In this document: positions 51,069 through 61,193 of the stretch, piece by piece | How positions within the stretch are numbered: position 1 is the first letter of the stretch | Layout of the letters: each line of letters begins with the position of its first letter | IMG/VR virus record: IMGVR_UViG_3300028364_000014 | Span: 62,001-126,000 of that record | Reading direction: 5' to 3' (one strand) | Length of the DNA: 64,000 nucleotides | Program-made: the position numbers and the translations under genes | The notes under the pieces: generated by a model | What the model was told of the DNA's origin: nothing | The model's database searches: none | The model's input: only the letters and a program-made list of their open reading frames with translations

Positions 51069-54000
51069 ATGACCAGTATTGAAATAACTACACAAGTAGA
51101 AACTATGGCAAATTTGATTAGAGACCAATTTACTTCTAGAACAGAGATTGAAGGTCGTAGGACTGGTAAAGATTTTCGTGGTGCTAAAATGGATATCACT
51201 TTTACTAATGGTCAAATGTGGATTACTGTTGTATTAGAAGATGAAGCACATACTATTACTGTGCCCATTCCTTATATCGAAAATGGGGTTGAATTAATTA
51301 AATCCAATGAAGTTAAACGATCAATATGCAAACATTTTGACGTTACGAATAATATTGAAATTTCATATCTGGATGTTATTCAAAAAATCTTCATTGGTGA
51401 CCCTATTGGGCTTGTTACTAATATAAAAGTAAAGAAAAGTTCCTTTGTTCAACAAATTGCTTATTCAATTTTAAATAAAAATACCTCCATTATCATATAT
51501 AATCTTCAAAAAGCAATCAGTGAAATTGTTAATAAAATGCCTTTACATGAGACATTTATGAACAGTTATATCATGAACCAAAGACTTATGATGGTAGATC
51601 CGGTATTTAATCGTATGTCTTCTCCACAAGATCTTTTAGATTATCAAATCGATAAAAATAAGTATTATTTCAATAACGGATGGACATCTGTTGGATTATC
51701 GGATGGAACTCTTGCGAATAAGAATTATATTTTAAAGAAAGATATCAAAGCTTTAACGGTGTTTGGTATACATCACCATAACCCGCAAAGAAATCTATTT
51801 TCAACCCTTGGTATGAGAGGAGATGAGCTCCCACAATTAAGGTCAGCTTCTGCACAAGAGTTGATTGAATCAGGCATTACACGCACAGGTTGGAATCTGT
51901 TTACTCTTTTTGCGGATGTTCCAGATAATTTTGAGGATCAAGTATTAGTGGATATTTCTCACAAAGATAAAGCTATTATTTCTGAACGGAGATTCCAATG
52001 CTTTGGAGAGATTCTGGTAAAAGAAGGGCAAAGAATTAAATTAGGTGATTCATTAGTTAAATGTTCAGATGGTGAAATTACTTCTTATCAAGTAAAAGCT
52101 GACGAGTCCTGGATACACAAGATTATTAAATCTCACACAGTAGTTGGAGGTGTTAAAACTGAGGTTTATAATGTACTTATAAAATTTAAAAGATTTCTTA
52201 AAGATGCGACTAAACTTACCAACACTCATGGTAATAAGGGTGTAATTAGATTATTTGATCTTGGGTATGCAATTGATCCGGCTACAGGTAAACCCCGTAA
52301 GATAGATGTTATTGTGTCAGCTAAATCTGTAAAGAGACGTAAAAATTATGGTCAAATATTTGAAGCTTTAGTAAATGTAGTACATGAACGTAATACTGCT
52401 GAAGTAAATACACCAGAAATAAGTTCTATCAGTAATTGGTCAAAAAGAGGAGTTGCAGTTACTTCTAAAATTACCTCTAAAGTATTACCAATTAAACCGT
52501 TAATATATGCAGACAATTATACATTCGATGATGAAAAAGAAGCGCAGCTTAAACAAAACTTGATAGATTCTGGTATACCCGAGGATGGTACTTGGAGATG
52601 TGATACTTATGTTGGAGAAATCTACGGAGTTTGTGGTACGGTATTCTGGGGGGTTACCAAAGAACCTGAAGATCAATTGTGGGCAGAGGGGGCTACTGAA
52701 AGAACCAATGGTAAAGATCTTAGAGTTGCTGGTTTAAAATTTTCAACTGTAGAATTTAAAGCACTGGAAACACATTTTGGTATTGACAATGCTGTGTCAA
52801 GAGAAGTTCTTTCTTATACACAAGGTATTGAAAATATTGATGAAACTCTACAGATTCTTAGAAGTCAGTTTGGAATTATTACCAAAAATGTACCAACAAA
52901 GAAAGTATATGAAATAAAATCCGTTGATCAGAGTAACGGTACTATTTTTACTAAAGAATCTTTACTAGATACAGTAGCAGATGAAAATATGTTGAGGGAT
53001 GGGTTTATTTTACATTTACCTGTACAATTTCAAACTGCTGTAGGAATAAAGAACAGTGATTCTTATGAAGGTGCTCCAGTATTTGATCCCGCTATGATGG
53101 ACTGGTCTGTGTTTAAAGTATTATATACTACCGATAAGATATACATTCCAGAAGGCAGTATGCGTAGAAATTGGCGACATAGTACTGGTATGTACGGCAT
53201 GAGTGAAATAGCTGTATTAATAAATAATATTATTATGTTTTCTAATAATTATCTTGCAGAGCCGAATGAGGCCCATCATATTAGAATGTTGTATAACGCA
53301 CTTAGAAATTATTTCTTTAGAATGTCTAGTTCTGTAGGTACAAAGAAAGGAGATGTATCTAGTTATGCGATGTCAGTAAGATATCCTTATTCAGCTAAAG
53401 CTGTTGCAACACTATCTACTACAATACCACCACAAACAATCCAAATTCATAGTGATATGGCAAATTCTCTTAAAGTGACTGAAGGAGATGTAGTAATAGT
53501 TGAAAGGTTCCCTTGTCTTGGTTTTATGGGAATACGTCCTCAAAAAGTAACAATAACAGATGATCCAATGTGTAAATACACAATCAGAGCATCAGGCAAT
53601 AGTTTAGTATCTACTAATTTAGATTTTGATGGTGATGTGATTTATATTGCGGCTTTTCATACACCAGAGGCAGTGGCATTACTACAAAAAGAGTGGCTTA
53701 CTCCTAATCCCGAAACTTGGAAATATATCGATCAATTGAATAAACGAAAGGGAGAACCTTGCATTAATCTTTTAAGTCTCCCTGAGTACGAAATGACTCC
53801 TTTTACAGCCCTAACTTGTGAGGACCAAGCAGGTATTGTTAGAAAATTAACAGGAGTTAAAGCACAAACAGGTCCTGTAATTGCAATGGCCTATAATATC
53901 ATGCGTATTATGGAAAATTCAGGTAATGAGTTAACTAATGCCCAGCAAGCATCTATCGAAATGTTTATTGAAAAGACAGGACAATCTGTATTTGAGCAAA

Positions 54001-54536
54001 AACATGGTGGCATTTCATTGTGTGAAATTGTACTTGAAGCTGTATGTACGGGTGATATTGACACACTAGTAAAAGAAGGTTATGATGCAGAAGTAACTAC
54101 TCTTATCTGTAAAACCATTGATAGAAAAGCCAAGAGTATAGGAATCAATGACCTTAAAGATTATCATTACAAAATAGGTATCCACGGTTCCAATATTGTA
54201 AATCGCATTGTGAAAACTGAAAATAAAGTCTATTTTGCGAGCCGTTCAGATTTAGATACCTATAGTCTTTTAGAATGCCTTTCTTCACCGGTTGTGGATC
54301 TCCCTAGTCGTATATTTGCACTTACTATGTCTGGTAAATACAATAACGAACGTAATTTCTTGATTGAGGAAAAAGAAAGAAAGATGTTATCAGCAATTAA
54401 AGATGATGATTTGAGAAAAGGTTGTACAGATTTGTTTGGACTTATTGATAAAATGATGGGTAATGTTAAAAAAGGAGCAACAATTAGCAATAATGTTAGG
54501 CTAGGTTCTTGCTTGTTGAAAAAAAGTATAAAATAA
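51069..54536 (+). CDS. single-chain two-barrel DNA-dependent RNA polymerase (beta-like + beta'-like)
   Basis: beta-like HHNPQRNL, NFEDQV, TKLTNTHGNKGV, IDVIV; beta'-like VERFPCL and NLDFDGD; start at ATG after gggag. Confidence 0.88.
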   Translation: MTSIEITTQVETMANLIRDQFTSRTEIEGRRTGKDFRGAKMDITFTNGQMWITVVLEDEAHTITVPIPYIENGVELIKSNEVKRSICKHFDVTNNIEISYLDVIQKIFIGDPIGLVTNIKVKKSSFVQQIAYSILNKNTSIIIYNLQKAISEIVNKMPLHETFMNSYIMNQRLMMVDPVFNRMSSPQDLLDYQIDKNKYYFNNGWTSVGLSDGTLANKNYILKKDIKALTVFGIHHHNPQRNLFSTLGMRGDELPQLRSASAQELIESGITRTGWNLFTLFADVPDNFEDQVLVDISHKDKAIISERRFQCFGEILVKEGQRIKLGDSLVKCSDGEITSYQVKADESWIHKIIKSHTVVGGVKTEVYNVLIKFKRFLKDATKLTNTHGNKGVIRLFDLGYAIDPATGKPRKIDVIVSAKSVKRRKNYGQIFEALVNVVHERNTAEVNTPEISSISNWSKRGVAVTSKITSKVLPIKPLIYADNYTFDDEKEAQLKQNLIDSGIPEDGTWRCDTYVGEIYGVCGTVFWGVTKEPEDQLWAEGATERTNGKDLRVAGLKFSTVEFKALETHFGIDNAVSREVLSYTQGIENIDETLQILRSQFGIITKNVPTKKVYEIKSVDQSNGTIFTKESLLDTVADENMLRDGFILHLPVQFQTAVGIKNSDSYEGAPVFDPAMMDWSVFKVLYTTDKIYIPEGSMRRNWRHSTGMYGMSEIAVLINNIIMFSNNYLAEPNEAHHIRMLYNALRNYFFRMSSSVGTKKGDVSSYAMSVRYPYSAKAVATLSTTIPPQTIQIHSDMANSLKVTEGDVVIVERFPCLGFMGIRPQKVTITDDPMCKYTIRASGNSLVSTNLDFDGDVIYIAAFHTPEAVALLQKEWLTPNPETWKYIDQLNKRKGEPCINLLSLPEYEMTPFTALTCEDQAGIVRKLTGVKAQTGPVIAMAYNIMRIMENSGNELTNAQQASIEMFIEKTGQSVFEQKHGGISLCEIVLEAVCTGDIDTLVKEGYDAEVTTLICKTIDRKAKSIGINDLKDYHYKIGIHGSNIVNRIVKTENKVYFASRSDLDTYSLLECLSSPVVDLPSRIFALTMSGKYNNERNFLIEEKERKMLSAIKDDDLRKGCTDLFGLIDKMMGNVKKGATISNNVRLGSCLLKKSIK

Positions 54537-54545
54537 TTAATTTAA

Positions 54546-55475
54546 CTAATCTCTGATGCATTGAAGTTCGTGATAATTGCATCCTGGGAGCTTATGTACC
54601 TCTTTATGACATGTTTTGCATAAAGTAATGGTGTTAGTCACATCATTTCCTAAACGTGGATTCTGGGCGTATCCTTCGATGTGATGGCAATGAAGTGGAG
54701 CTTCCTTTTGGGTGGCTCCGCAAATTTGACATCTCCAATTATCTCGCTCGAAACACATTTGTCTAACTAGAGGATTAACCTCACGGGAGGATGCGGGTTT
54801 GAATCCTTTAGGATAAAGTACTTTTTTATAAATTGGACAAGCTTGTTTGCAGTGGTCAGAGCAATATAAAGACTGTTCTCCAAGTACTTGACCTAATAGT
54901 GATTGAATTCTACGATAAGTTTGTGCCATATAAGGAATAAAATATTTACCGCAGTATCTGCACTTGACTTCTAAAGAAGTACCATTTTTAGCAAGCCTTG
55001 GTGCTTCATCAGTAGTTAATTTATCTTTAAATACTTCATATGTAGCATTAATATTATTACGTTGCTTGCTACGGATAGATATTTCTTCTTTATTATTAAT
55101 TCGATATTGTTTATCTCTTATAGCTATTCTTTCTTTATTATCTTGATAATATTGATCCATTTGTGCTTTTCTTTTTTTTCTCACTAAAGTGAATTTTTCT
55201 GTGTTATCGTCATAATATTGTTTTCGTTGCTTTGCAATTTTTTCCTTATTATCAATGTTATATTGTTTAGCCTTTTTTGCAATACTTTCTTTGTTACTAA
55301 TTTGATATTGTCGTTTTCGTTTAGTTATTTTTTCTTTATTATCAATTTGATATTGTTTTCTTTTTATAAGTATACATTCCTTACATTCTTTTCTATAATC
55401 ATCGATACTATTTTTTCTTTTATAAAACTCGCTTAAATCTTTTAACTCTTTACATTTAGTGCAAATTTTTTTCAT
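54546..55475 (-). CDS. HNH endonuclease (homing-type), paralog of 44896..45639
   Basis: near-identical C-terminal YPKGFKPASSREVNPLVRQMCFE.DNW.CQICG...HCHH...LCKTCH. Confidence 0.88.
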   Translation of the reverse strand: MKKICTKCKELKDLSEFYKRKNSIDDYRKECKECILIKRKQYQIDNKEKITKRKRQYQISNKESIAKKAKQYNIDNKEKIAKQRKQYYDDNTEKFTLVRKKRKAQMDQYYQDNKERIAIRDKQYRINNKEEISIRSKQRNNINATYEVFKDKLTTDEAPRLAKNGTSLEVKCRYCGKYFIPYMAQTYRRIQSLLGQVLGEQSLYCSDHCKQACPIYKKVLYPKGFKPASSREVNPLVRQMCFERDNWRCQICGATQKEAPLHCHHIEGYAQNPRLGNDVTNTITLCKTCHKEVHKLPGCNYHELQCIRD

Positions 55476-55508
55476 AATAATCTCCTTAATAGATTTTTAA
55501 TTGGAGGG

Positions 55509-55590
55509 ATGATTGTAATTAAGGTACAATCAAATTACGCCGATCAAACGACCTCTTAAATATAAGGAGGTTAATTAAAAAGTCAATAGA
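55509..55590 (-). promoter_or_regulatory. sigma70-like promoter and palindrome upstream of HNH gene
   Basis: minus strand TTGACT-N16-TATATT, palindrome tgattgta..tacaatca. Confidence 0.6.
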
Positions 55591-55656
55591 CATAGTATAA
55601 TAACTAATTAAGTTGTTGTACAAAGAATAAACTTATAACTAATAAATAGGAGAATT

Positions 55657-56040
55657 ATGGCAGTACTTTTAAACATTAATATTTTGAGTGGTACGGTTAT
55701 GGAAGATCCAGTCATCGTAGGTGAGGGTGACGGGGCTTGGGGGTTTTTAAAGCTCATGACTAATTATGTTGGCAGAACACCGGATGGCGGCTATACAGAC
55801 GTGGATCAGATTATTCCACTAGTAGCGGATGAATCTCGTCATGTAAATACAATTAGGAATTATGTCAAGAAAGGCAAAGCTTTGACGGTAGAGACTTATT
55901 ATAGAAGCTGGGTGTCTAATGGACAGGATCAGCATGGATTCTTTATAAAGAAACTCACATTTTCTAAAGCGAATTGGGGATCTGAAAACAACAATAACAA
56001 CCAACGAGGTGGAAATCACCCAGGACTACCGAACAATTAA
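55657..56040 (+). CDS. second SSB-like OB-fold protein
   Basis: NINILSGTVMEDP...YVKKGKALTVE. Confidence 0.7.
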   Translation: MAVLLNINILSGTVMEDPVIVGEGDGAWGFLKLMTNYVGRTPDGGYTDVDQIIPLVADESRHVNTIRNYVKKGKALTVETYYRSWVSNGQDQHGFFIKKLTFSKANWGSENNNNNQRGGNHPGLPNN

Positions 56041-56048
56041 CTAGTATT

Positions 56049-56077
56049 CTATGGGGTTATTACTTATAGCCCCATAG
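56049..56077 (+). terminator. hairpin after SSB-like gene
   Basis: ctatggggttat-tactt-atagccccatag; no clear U-tract. Confidence 0.45.
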
Positions 56078-56104
56078 TATAATAATATACAGGATTAGGT
56101 TTGT

Positions 56105-56572
56105 ATGAAAAAACTTATTATTACCGCATTGAATAGTGCAATAATTAAACTTGATAGTATAATACCTAAAACTAAAAAAGAAACAAAAAGCGTAGATATC
56201 TCTGATATAAATCCTTGGGATATTGTTGGCTACACGCAGATAAATAATATTCCCAAAAATGTAGCTTTTCACCACGGTATGCAGAGTCCAATTGAGGAGA
56301 GTGCGTTTTGGAACACATACGGTGCCTGCCTGGTTTGGGAAATTGATGTACCTACTACAGACAGAGACACGTTAAAGTACAAGAGAAAAAAATTCTCTAA
56401 TCTAGCTTGGGTAGCGTTATATGACACTCTTATTAACAACGAATATAAAAGGGTTGGGTTTAATAGTGGATTATTAGAAGAATTTAATAATACTACGATT
56501 TATGACATGTACTGTAATAAAGAGTTTGATAGGCTTATTAAATATTATTCACTTTATTTTATAAAAGTATAG
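56105..56572 (+). CDS. hypothetical protein
   Basis: ORF. Confidence 0.6.
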   Translation: MKKLIITALNSAIIKLDSIIPKTKKETKSVDISDINPWDIVGYTQINNIPKNVAFHHGMQSPIEESAFWNTYGACLVWEIDVPTTDRDTLKYKRKKFSNLAWVALYDTLINNEYKRVGFNSGLLEEFNNTTIYDMYCNKEFDRLIKYYSLYFIKV

Positions 56573-56604
56573 ATAGAAAAAATTATTTAGAGTTAAAGGA
56601 AGTT

Positions 56605-56955
56605 ATGTCAGAAATAAGGAAGTTAAGTGATACATTGATGATTGTTACTGAAGCCTTAGGTGACGTTAATGCAAGACTAAAAAAGCTTGAGAACCCAGAT
56701 AAGAAAAATAAACATGGTTTGCCAATAGGGATGGAGATATTTGGAAAAACACAAGATGATCAAAAAGTGTCTCTTATTGTAAATCCTGAAAGTTATCAGA
56801 TTGTATCATTAGGCGAACAACATATATTAAATGGGAAAGAATTTAACTCACTATCTAAAGCAGCTGAATTTTTTAGTGGAATAAAAAGAAAAAGTGGTTG
56901 GGTTTTCTGGAAAGATGCTAACGGCATTAAGTTAAAAGAAACATTTAAAGGATAA
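56605..56955 (+). CDS. RAMA-like DNA-binding domain protein
   Basis: F.SLSKAA...SG...SGWVFWK. Confidence 0.65.
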   Translation: MSEIRKLSDTLMIVTEALGDVNARLKKLENPDKKNKHGLPIGMEIFGKTQDDQKVSLIVNPESYQIVSLGEQHILNGKEFNSLSKAAEFFSGIKRKSGWVFWKDANGIKLKETFKG

Positions 56956-56958
56956 CCC

Positions 56959-57510
56959 ATGTATAAAAACAATAGACGTAAGAAAAAGAAACAAAAACTA
57001 TTACATAAAGCTAAATTTAAACAGATGTTTTGTACTAAATGCGGTATTTGTCCTATCGGAAGTAACCCGAAATTTTGTTATGGTGTATTGTATAAAAACA
57101 ATCCAGAACAATTTACTAATGTAGTTTTTCCTAAAATGATGGAGAATCATGATATATTAAAAGATCAGATAGTTCCAGATTTTGAGGGAAATACACTTTT
57201 AATTACCGCATTTTTTAATAATATACTGTGTGATGACGAAATATGTACAAAGTGTACAAAAAACAAAGATACGGATAAAATATTAAATTGTTTAGCTAAA
57301 TTCAGATTACAGTGTAAACCGGGGTATCAAACTGTACAAGAAATTAAGAATCAATCAAAAAAGGAACGAAAAGCTCAAAATAAAATTAAACAGGCAAATA
57401 ATTTAAAACTTAAAGCTAATGCTACGGTTACTGTATTAATGAGTACTGACGCAGAGTTCCTTGAAGCGGTGGAAAAAATACTTGGAAATAATAATAAGCA
57501 ACAAAATTAA
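56959..57510 (+). CDS. Cys-rich hypothetical protein
   Basis: FCTKCGIC, C...CTKC. Confidence 0.6.
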   Translation: MYKNNRRKKKKQKLLHKAKFKQMFCTKCGICPIGSNPKFCYGVLYKNNPEQFTNVVFPKMMENHDILKDQIVPDFEGNTLLITAFFNNILCDDEICTKCTKNKDTDKILNCLAKFRLQCKPGYQTVQEIKNQSKKERKAQNKIKQANNLKLKANATVTVLMSTDAEFLEAVEKILGNNNKQQN

Positions 57511-59962
57511 AATTAAAGATCCGCACCCAGTCATAAAAGAAATTCTTCTTGAACAATTAAAGCACAATAATCCTAAGTATGTAGACGCAGAGAAAATGGG
57601 CAAAAGTACTTATAAGATTGATGAATTTCTATGCAATTATGAATTTGACGAGGATAGTAGCATGTACATACCAAGAGGTATGCGAGGTCCTTTATTAGAG
57701 CATTTAAATGCTTTAGGACTACCGACTCAAATAAGTGATGAACGTGCTATGAACTTTATAGGGTATCTAGACGGATCTAAAATAAATTATCGTAAATACC
57801 AACAACCTGCTATAGAAAAATTGTTACATGAAGGGCCAGAAGGAGTTTTAGTGGCTCCACCAGGGAGTGGTAAAACTGTTATGGGATTAAGTTTAATTCC
57901 TGTACTATTACAAAATACATTATGGTTAACTCATACAGATAGACTATTTAAACAAACTTATGAAAGGTGTTTAGAATTTTTACCAGGACTTAAAGAAGAT
58001 GATATCGGTATGATTGGAGGAGGAAAATGGAAAATTGGTAAAGTACTTACTATAGGAATGATTCCTACACTAGTAAGAAACATTGAAAAATTAAGTGAAT
58101 TAAAAAATCACTTTGGTCTTGTTGTCTTGGATGAGTGTTTAATAGCTGGTACTAAAATAACCATGCTTGATGGTACTTCTTGTAATATAGAAAATGTAAA
58201 AAATGGAGATGTTACGACCTTTGGAAAAGTAACTAATAAATTTGAAAGAAAAACAGATTCGTTAGTAAAACTGAGATGTTCTATAGAAGAACTCGTTGGT
58301 ACGCCTACACATCAATTACCTTTTATATCGAGAAATAAAGTATCAATTAATAAACATACTAATTCGTGGGAGCCTTTCAATGAAAAAGATGTAACTTTTG
58401 AAGAAATAAAAAATATAAATAAAAATGATTATTTATTAGTGAAGGAAGATGCACCACATACAGAGAGATTTAATATAGGAAAAAGAAAAGCAAGATTACT
58501 GTCTTTAATAGCGTGTGATGGACACATAGAAAAGAATTTAAGGTGTCTTCAGGTAGGTATTACAAAAGATAAAGATTGGTTCTTATCCGAAATGTGGCAA
58601 AACACTTTAATCTATAATGATCATAACATACACTTTAGCGACTGTGCTAGAGGAGATTTAATAATAAGAAGTTATTCAAAGAAGTCTATTGCAGATATGC
58701 ATCATTATATTCCAAAAGGTAACAAATCAAAAAACATTCGAGTTCCTCATATAATAATGAATGGAAGTTACGAAGATATAATTAATTACTTACAAGTAGC
58801 TTTTGATTGTGAAGGCAGTGTGACAGACCAAATAACAATAACTATGGCAGGTAAAGATTTTATTAAAGATATACAGTCCTTATTACGTAAATTTGGTATT
58901 ATAGGTAGATTAATTCCTATACCATCTAAAGACCATTTAAGACTGGCAATGACTGGTTATGATGCGTTTTTATTTTGGAAAAAAATAGGATTTTCCATGC
59001 CAAGAAAACAACAAAAATTAAAAGAGCTGTTAAACAAAGCTAGTAAATATCGAAAAATAATAAAATTTCGTGGCATTTCGTATAGATGTGTAAGAGTACT
59101 AAACAAAGAAATAATAAACAAAAGTACAACAGTATATGATTTCACCACGGAACAGCACTTATTTATTGCTAATGGGATATTAAGTTCAAATTGTCATCAT
59201 TGTCCAGCTTCAACATTTTTATCGGTTATCTCGCAATTAAACCCTTATTTCTTGTATGGACTAACAGCTACTGCTTATCGAAGAGACAAGTTAGAGTCTA
59301 TGATGTTTCAATGTCTAGGTCCTATAAGATCAAAAATTACTAAAGATACAGTTGCTGCACATAAGGGTATTATATCTCCTAAAATTATATACACAGCTAT
59401 TAAGCATTTACATAAAGTAGATGGTAATGATATTCCAACTATCTTTAAAAATCATATTATATATAATCATAAGCGTAATGCTCAAATAGTGAAGGATGTA
59501 GTAAGAGAAGCTAAATTAGGTAATTTTTGTATCATAGCTTCTGGGAGGAAAGTCCATTGTGATTTGCTACATGAAATGATTAAAAAAGAGTGGAGTAGGA
59601 CAGGGGTTGCTACTGGAAATTATAGTAAGAAAATAATTGATGGTCAAATTGAGGCATTTAACAACAACGAAATAACGGTACTAATAACAACCTCAGAATT
59701 ACTTGGAGAAGGTTTTGATGTTGATTTTTTAAATAGGTTATTTATTACAACACCCTTTAGAACAGAAGCTAGGGTAGAACAGTTAGTAGGCAGAATTCAG
59801 CGTTTTCACAAAGATAAAAAGGACGCAATTGTTTATGATTATGTCGATGAAGGCATAGGTGTATTAGTTAATCAATTCTATTCTAAGTACGGAGAATGTA
59901 GGAGTAAAGTTTATAAGAGATTGGGACTCGAAATGCTATCCTACGATCAACACGTATTATAA
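57461..59962 (+). CDS. superfamily 2 DExH helicase containing an intein
   Basis: YQQ, APPGSGKT, DE|CHH after splicing, GLTAT, GEGFD, QLVGRIQR. Confidence 0.9.
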   Translation: MKRWKKYLEIIISNKIKIKDPHPVIKEILLEQLKHNNPKYVDAEKMGKSTYKIDEFLCNYEFDEDSSMYIPRGMRGPLLEHLNALGLPTQISDERAMNFIGYLDGSKINYRKYQQPAIEKLLHEGPEGVLVAPPGSGKTVMGLSLIPVLLQNTLWLTHTDRLFKQTYERCLEFLPGLKEDDIGMIGGGKWKIGKVLTIGMIPTLVRNIEKLSELKNHFGLVVLDECLIAGTKITMLDGTSCNIENVKNGDVTTFGKVTNKFERKTDSLVKLRCSIEELVGTPTHQLPFISRNKVSINKHTNSWEPFNEKDVTFEEIKNINKNDYLLVKEDAPHTERFNIGKRKARLLSLIACDGHIEKNLRCLQVGITKDKDWFLSEMWQNTLIYNDHNIHFSDCARGDLIIRSYSKKSIADMHHYIPKGNKSKNIRVPHIIMNGSYEDIINYLQVAFDCEGSVTDQITITMAGKDFIKDIQSLLRKFGIIGRLIPIPSKDHLRLAMTGYDAFLFWKKIGFSMPRKQQKLKELLNKASKYRKIIKFRGISYRCVRVLNKEIINKSTTVYDFTTEQHLFIANGILSSNCHHCPASTFLSVISQLNPYFLYGLTATAYRRDKLESMMFQCLGPIRSKITKDTVAAHKGIISPKIIYTAIKHLHKVDGNDIPTIFKNHIIYNHKRNAQIVKDVVREAKLGNFCIIASGRKVHCDLLHEMIKKEWSRTGVATGNYSKKIIDGQIEAFNNNEITVLITTSELLGEGFDVDFLNRLFITTPFRTEARVEQLVGRIQRFHKDKKDAIVYDYVDEGIGVLVNQFYSKYGECRSKVYKRLGLEMLSYDQHVL
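58136..59191 (+). mobile_element. intein (352 aa) with LAGLIDADG homing endonuclease
   Basis: starts CLIAGTKI, block B TPTHQ, LSLIACDG and LQVAFDCEG, ends VYDF...ANGILSSN before +1 Cys. Confidence 0.9.
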
Positions 59963-59996
59963 AACAGAAGTCAGCACAAAAATAAAGGACTTCAAT

Positions 59997-61193
59997 TTGG
60001 ATAATTTTAAAATAAAAATTTCAAACACAATGACAGAACAAATGGGTTTATATGGTAATGAGAATCATATGATCCGAATACCTAAGGTTTTACGTACTAA
60101 TTTACAACGCAATCTAGGAGAACGTATCCCATTTACCTGTGTTCAAGGTAAGCCTGTGGTATTAGAAATATCAGAAGCATTTAAACATGACTCAGAGCAA
60201 GATAGTAGTGTTTGTTATGTAACTGAAGAAACATTTAATACAATAAATATTGAACGTACTCCGATATACATACCTAAGCAAATAGAAACTATAACTTTGG
60301 GATGTGACCCAGAATTCTTTTTATTGGATAGACAATCGAAAAAATTACTTAGGGCTTATATGTTTTTTAAGAAATTTGGTGAAGTTGGTAATGATGGAAT
60401 ATTAGCAGAATTTAGACCTAAACCAACATTAACCCCACAAGATCTTACTAATAATATTTACAAACTAATTGTGAAAACAAAAAAGCTTTTAAGTACAAAT
60501 TCAATACATAATCCTGATGATATTATACTACATGCAGCTTCAAGTTATGAAGGATATACTGCGGGATTTCATTTACACTACGGATTACCTAAAGAGATGC
60601 TGGGTAGAAAATCAGATAGACTAGTGGTTATTAAAAAAATAATGAGAGCTCTAGATTATTATATAGGTATTCCAGCTATTATGGCGGAAGAAGTAACTGA
60701 TTTTAAACGAAGAGTGAATACATATGTGTCTTATGGTAAACCCAGTGATTTTAGAATTGATCATAGAACTTTAGAATATCGAGTTCCAGGAGGAAGTCTT
60801 TTAAGACATCCTGATCTAACATTAGGATTAATTGCTTTAGGATCTACTGTAATTACTGACCTCATGATTAAAGTGAAGTCTATAACTAATGAATTTAAAC
60901 ACTTAAGTTTTATGAATAATGATGATCGTTTGCAAGAAATATACCCGAATACACCAAGAATAATGACTATGTATGAAATTATATGCTCTCCAAACACAGA
61001 TAGAGCTAAAACATATTTGGATAGTATATATAATGATATAACTAGAATGATTGATTTTAATAAAAACAGCAAGGCAATTAATAAATTATTTACTATTTTG
61101 TCTAATAATAAAGAACTAATTGACCAAGGAATGGAATTAAACTGGAGGAATACCTATGAACAACGACATCACTTTCACCAAACATCCAATTAG
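59997..61193 (+). CDS. second COOH.NH2 ligase type 2 with extra N-terminal domain
   Basis: LGCDPEFF, DG..AEFRP, TAGFHLHYG, YGKP..FR....LEYR. Confidence 0.82.
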   Translation: MDNFKIKISNTMTEQMGLYGNENHMIRIPKVLRTNLQRNLGERIPFTCVQGKPVVLEISEAFKHDSEQDSSVCYVTEETFNTINIERTPIYIPKQIETITLGCDPEFFLLDRQSKKLLRAYMFFKKFGEVGNDGILAEFRPKPTLTPQDLTNNIYKLIVKTKKLLSTNSIHNPDDIILHAASSYEGYTAGFHLHYGLPKEMLGRKSDRLVVIKKIMRALDYYIGIPAIMAEEVTDFKRRVNTYVSYGKPSDFRIDHRTLEYRVPGGSLLRHPDLTLGLIALGSTVITDLMIKVKSITNEFKHLSFMNNDDRLQEIYPNTPRIMTMYEIICSPNTDRAKTYLDSIYNDITRMIDFNKNSKAINKLFTILSNNKELIDQGMELNWRNTYEQRHHFHQTSN

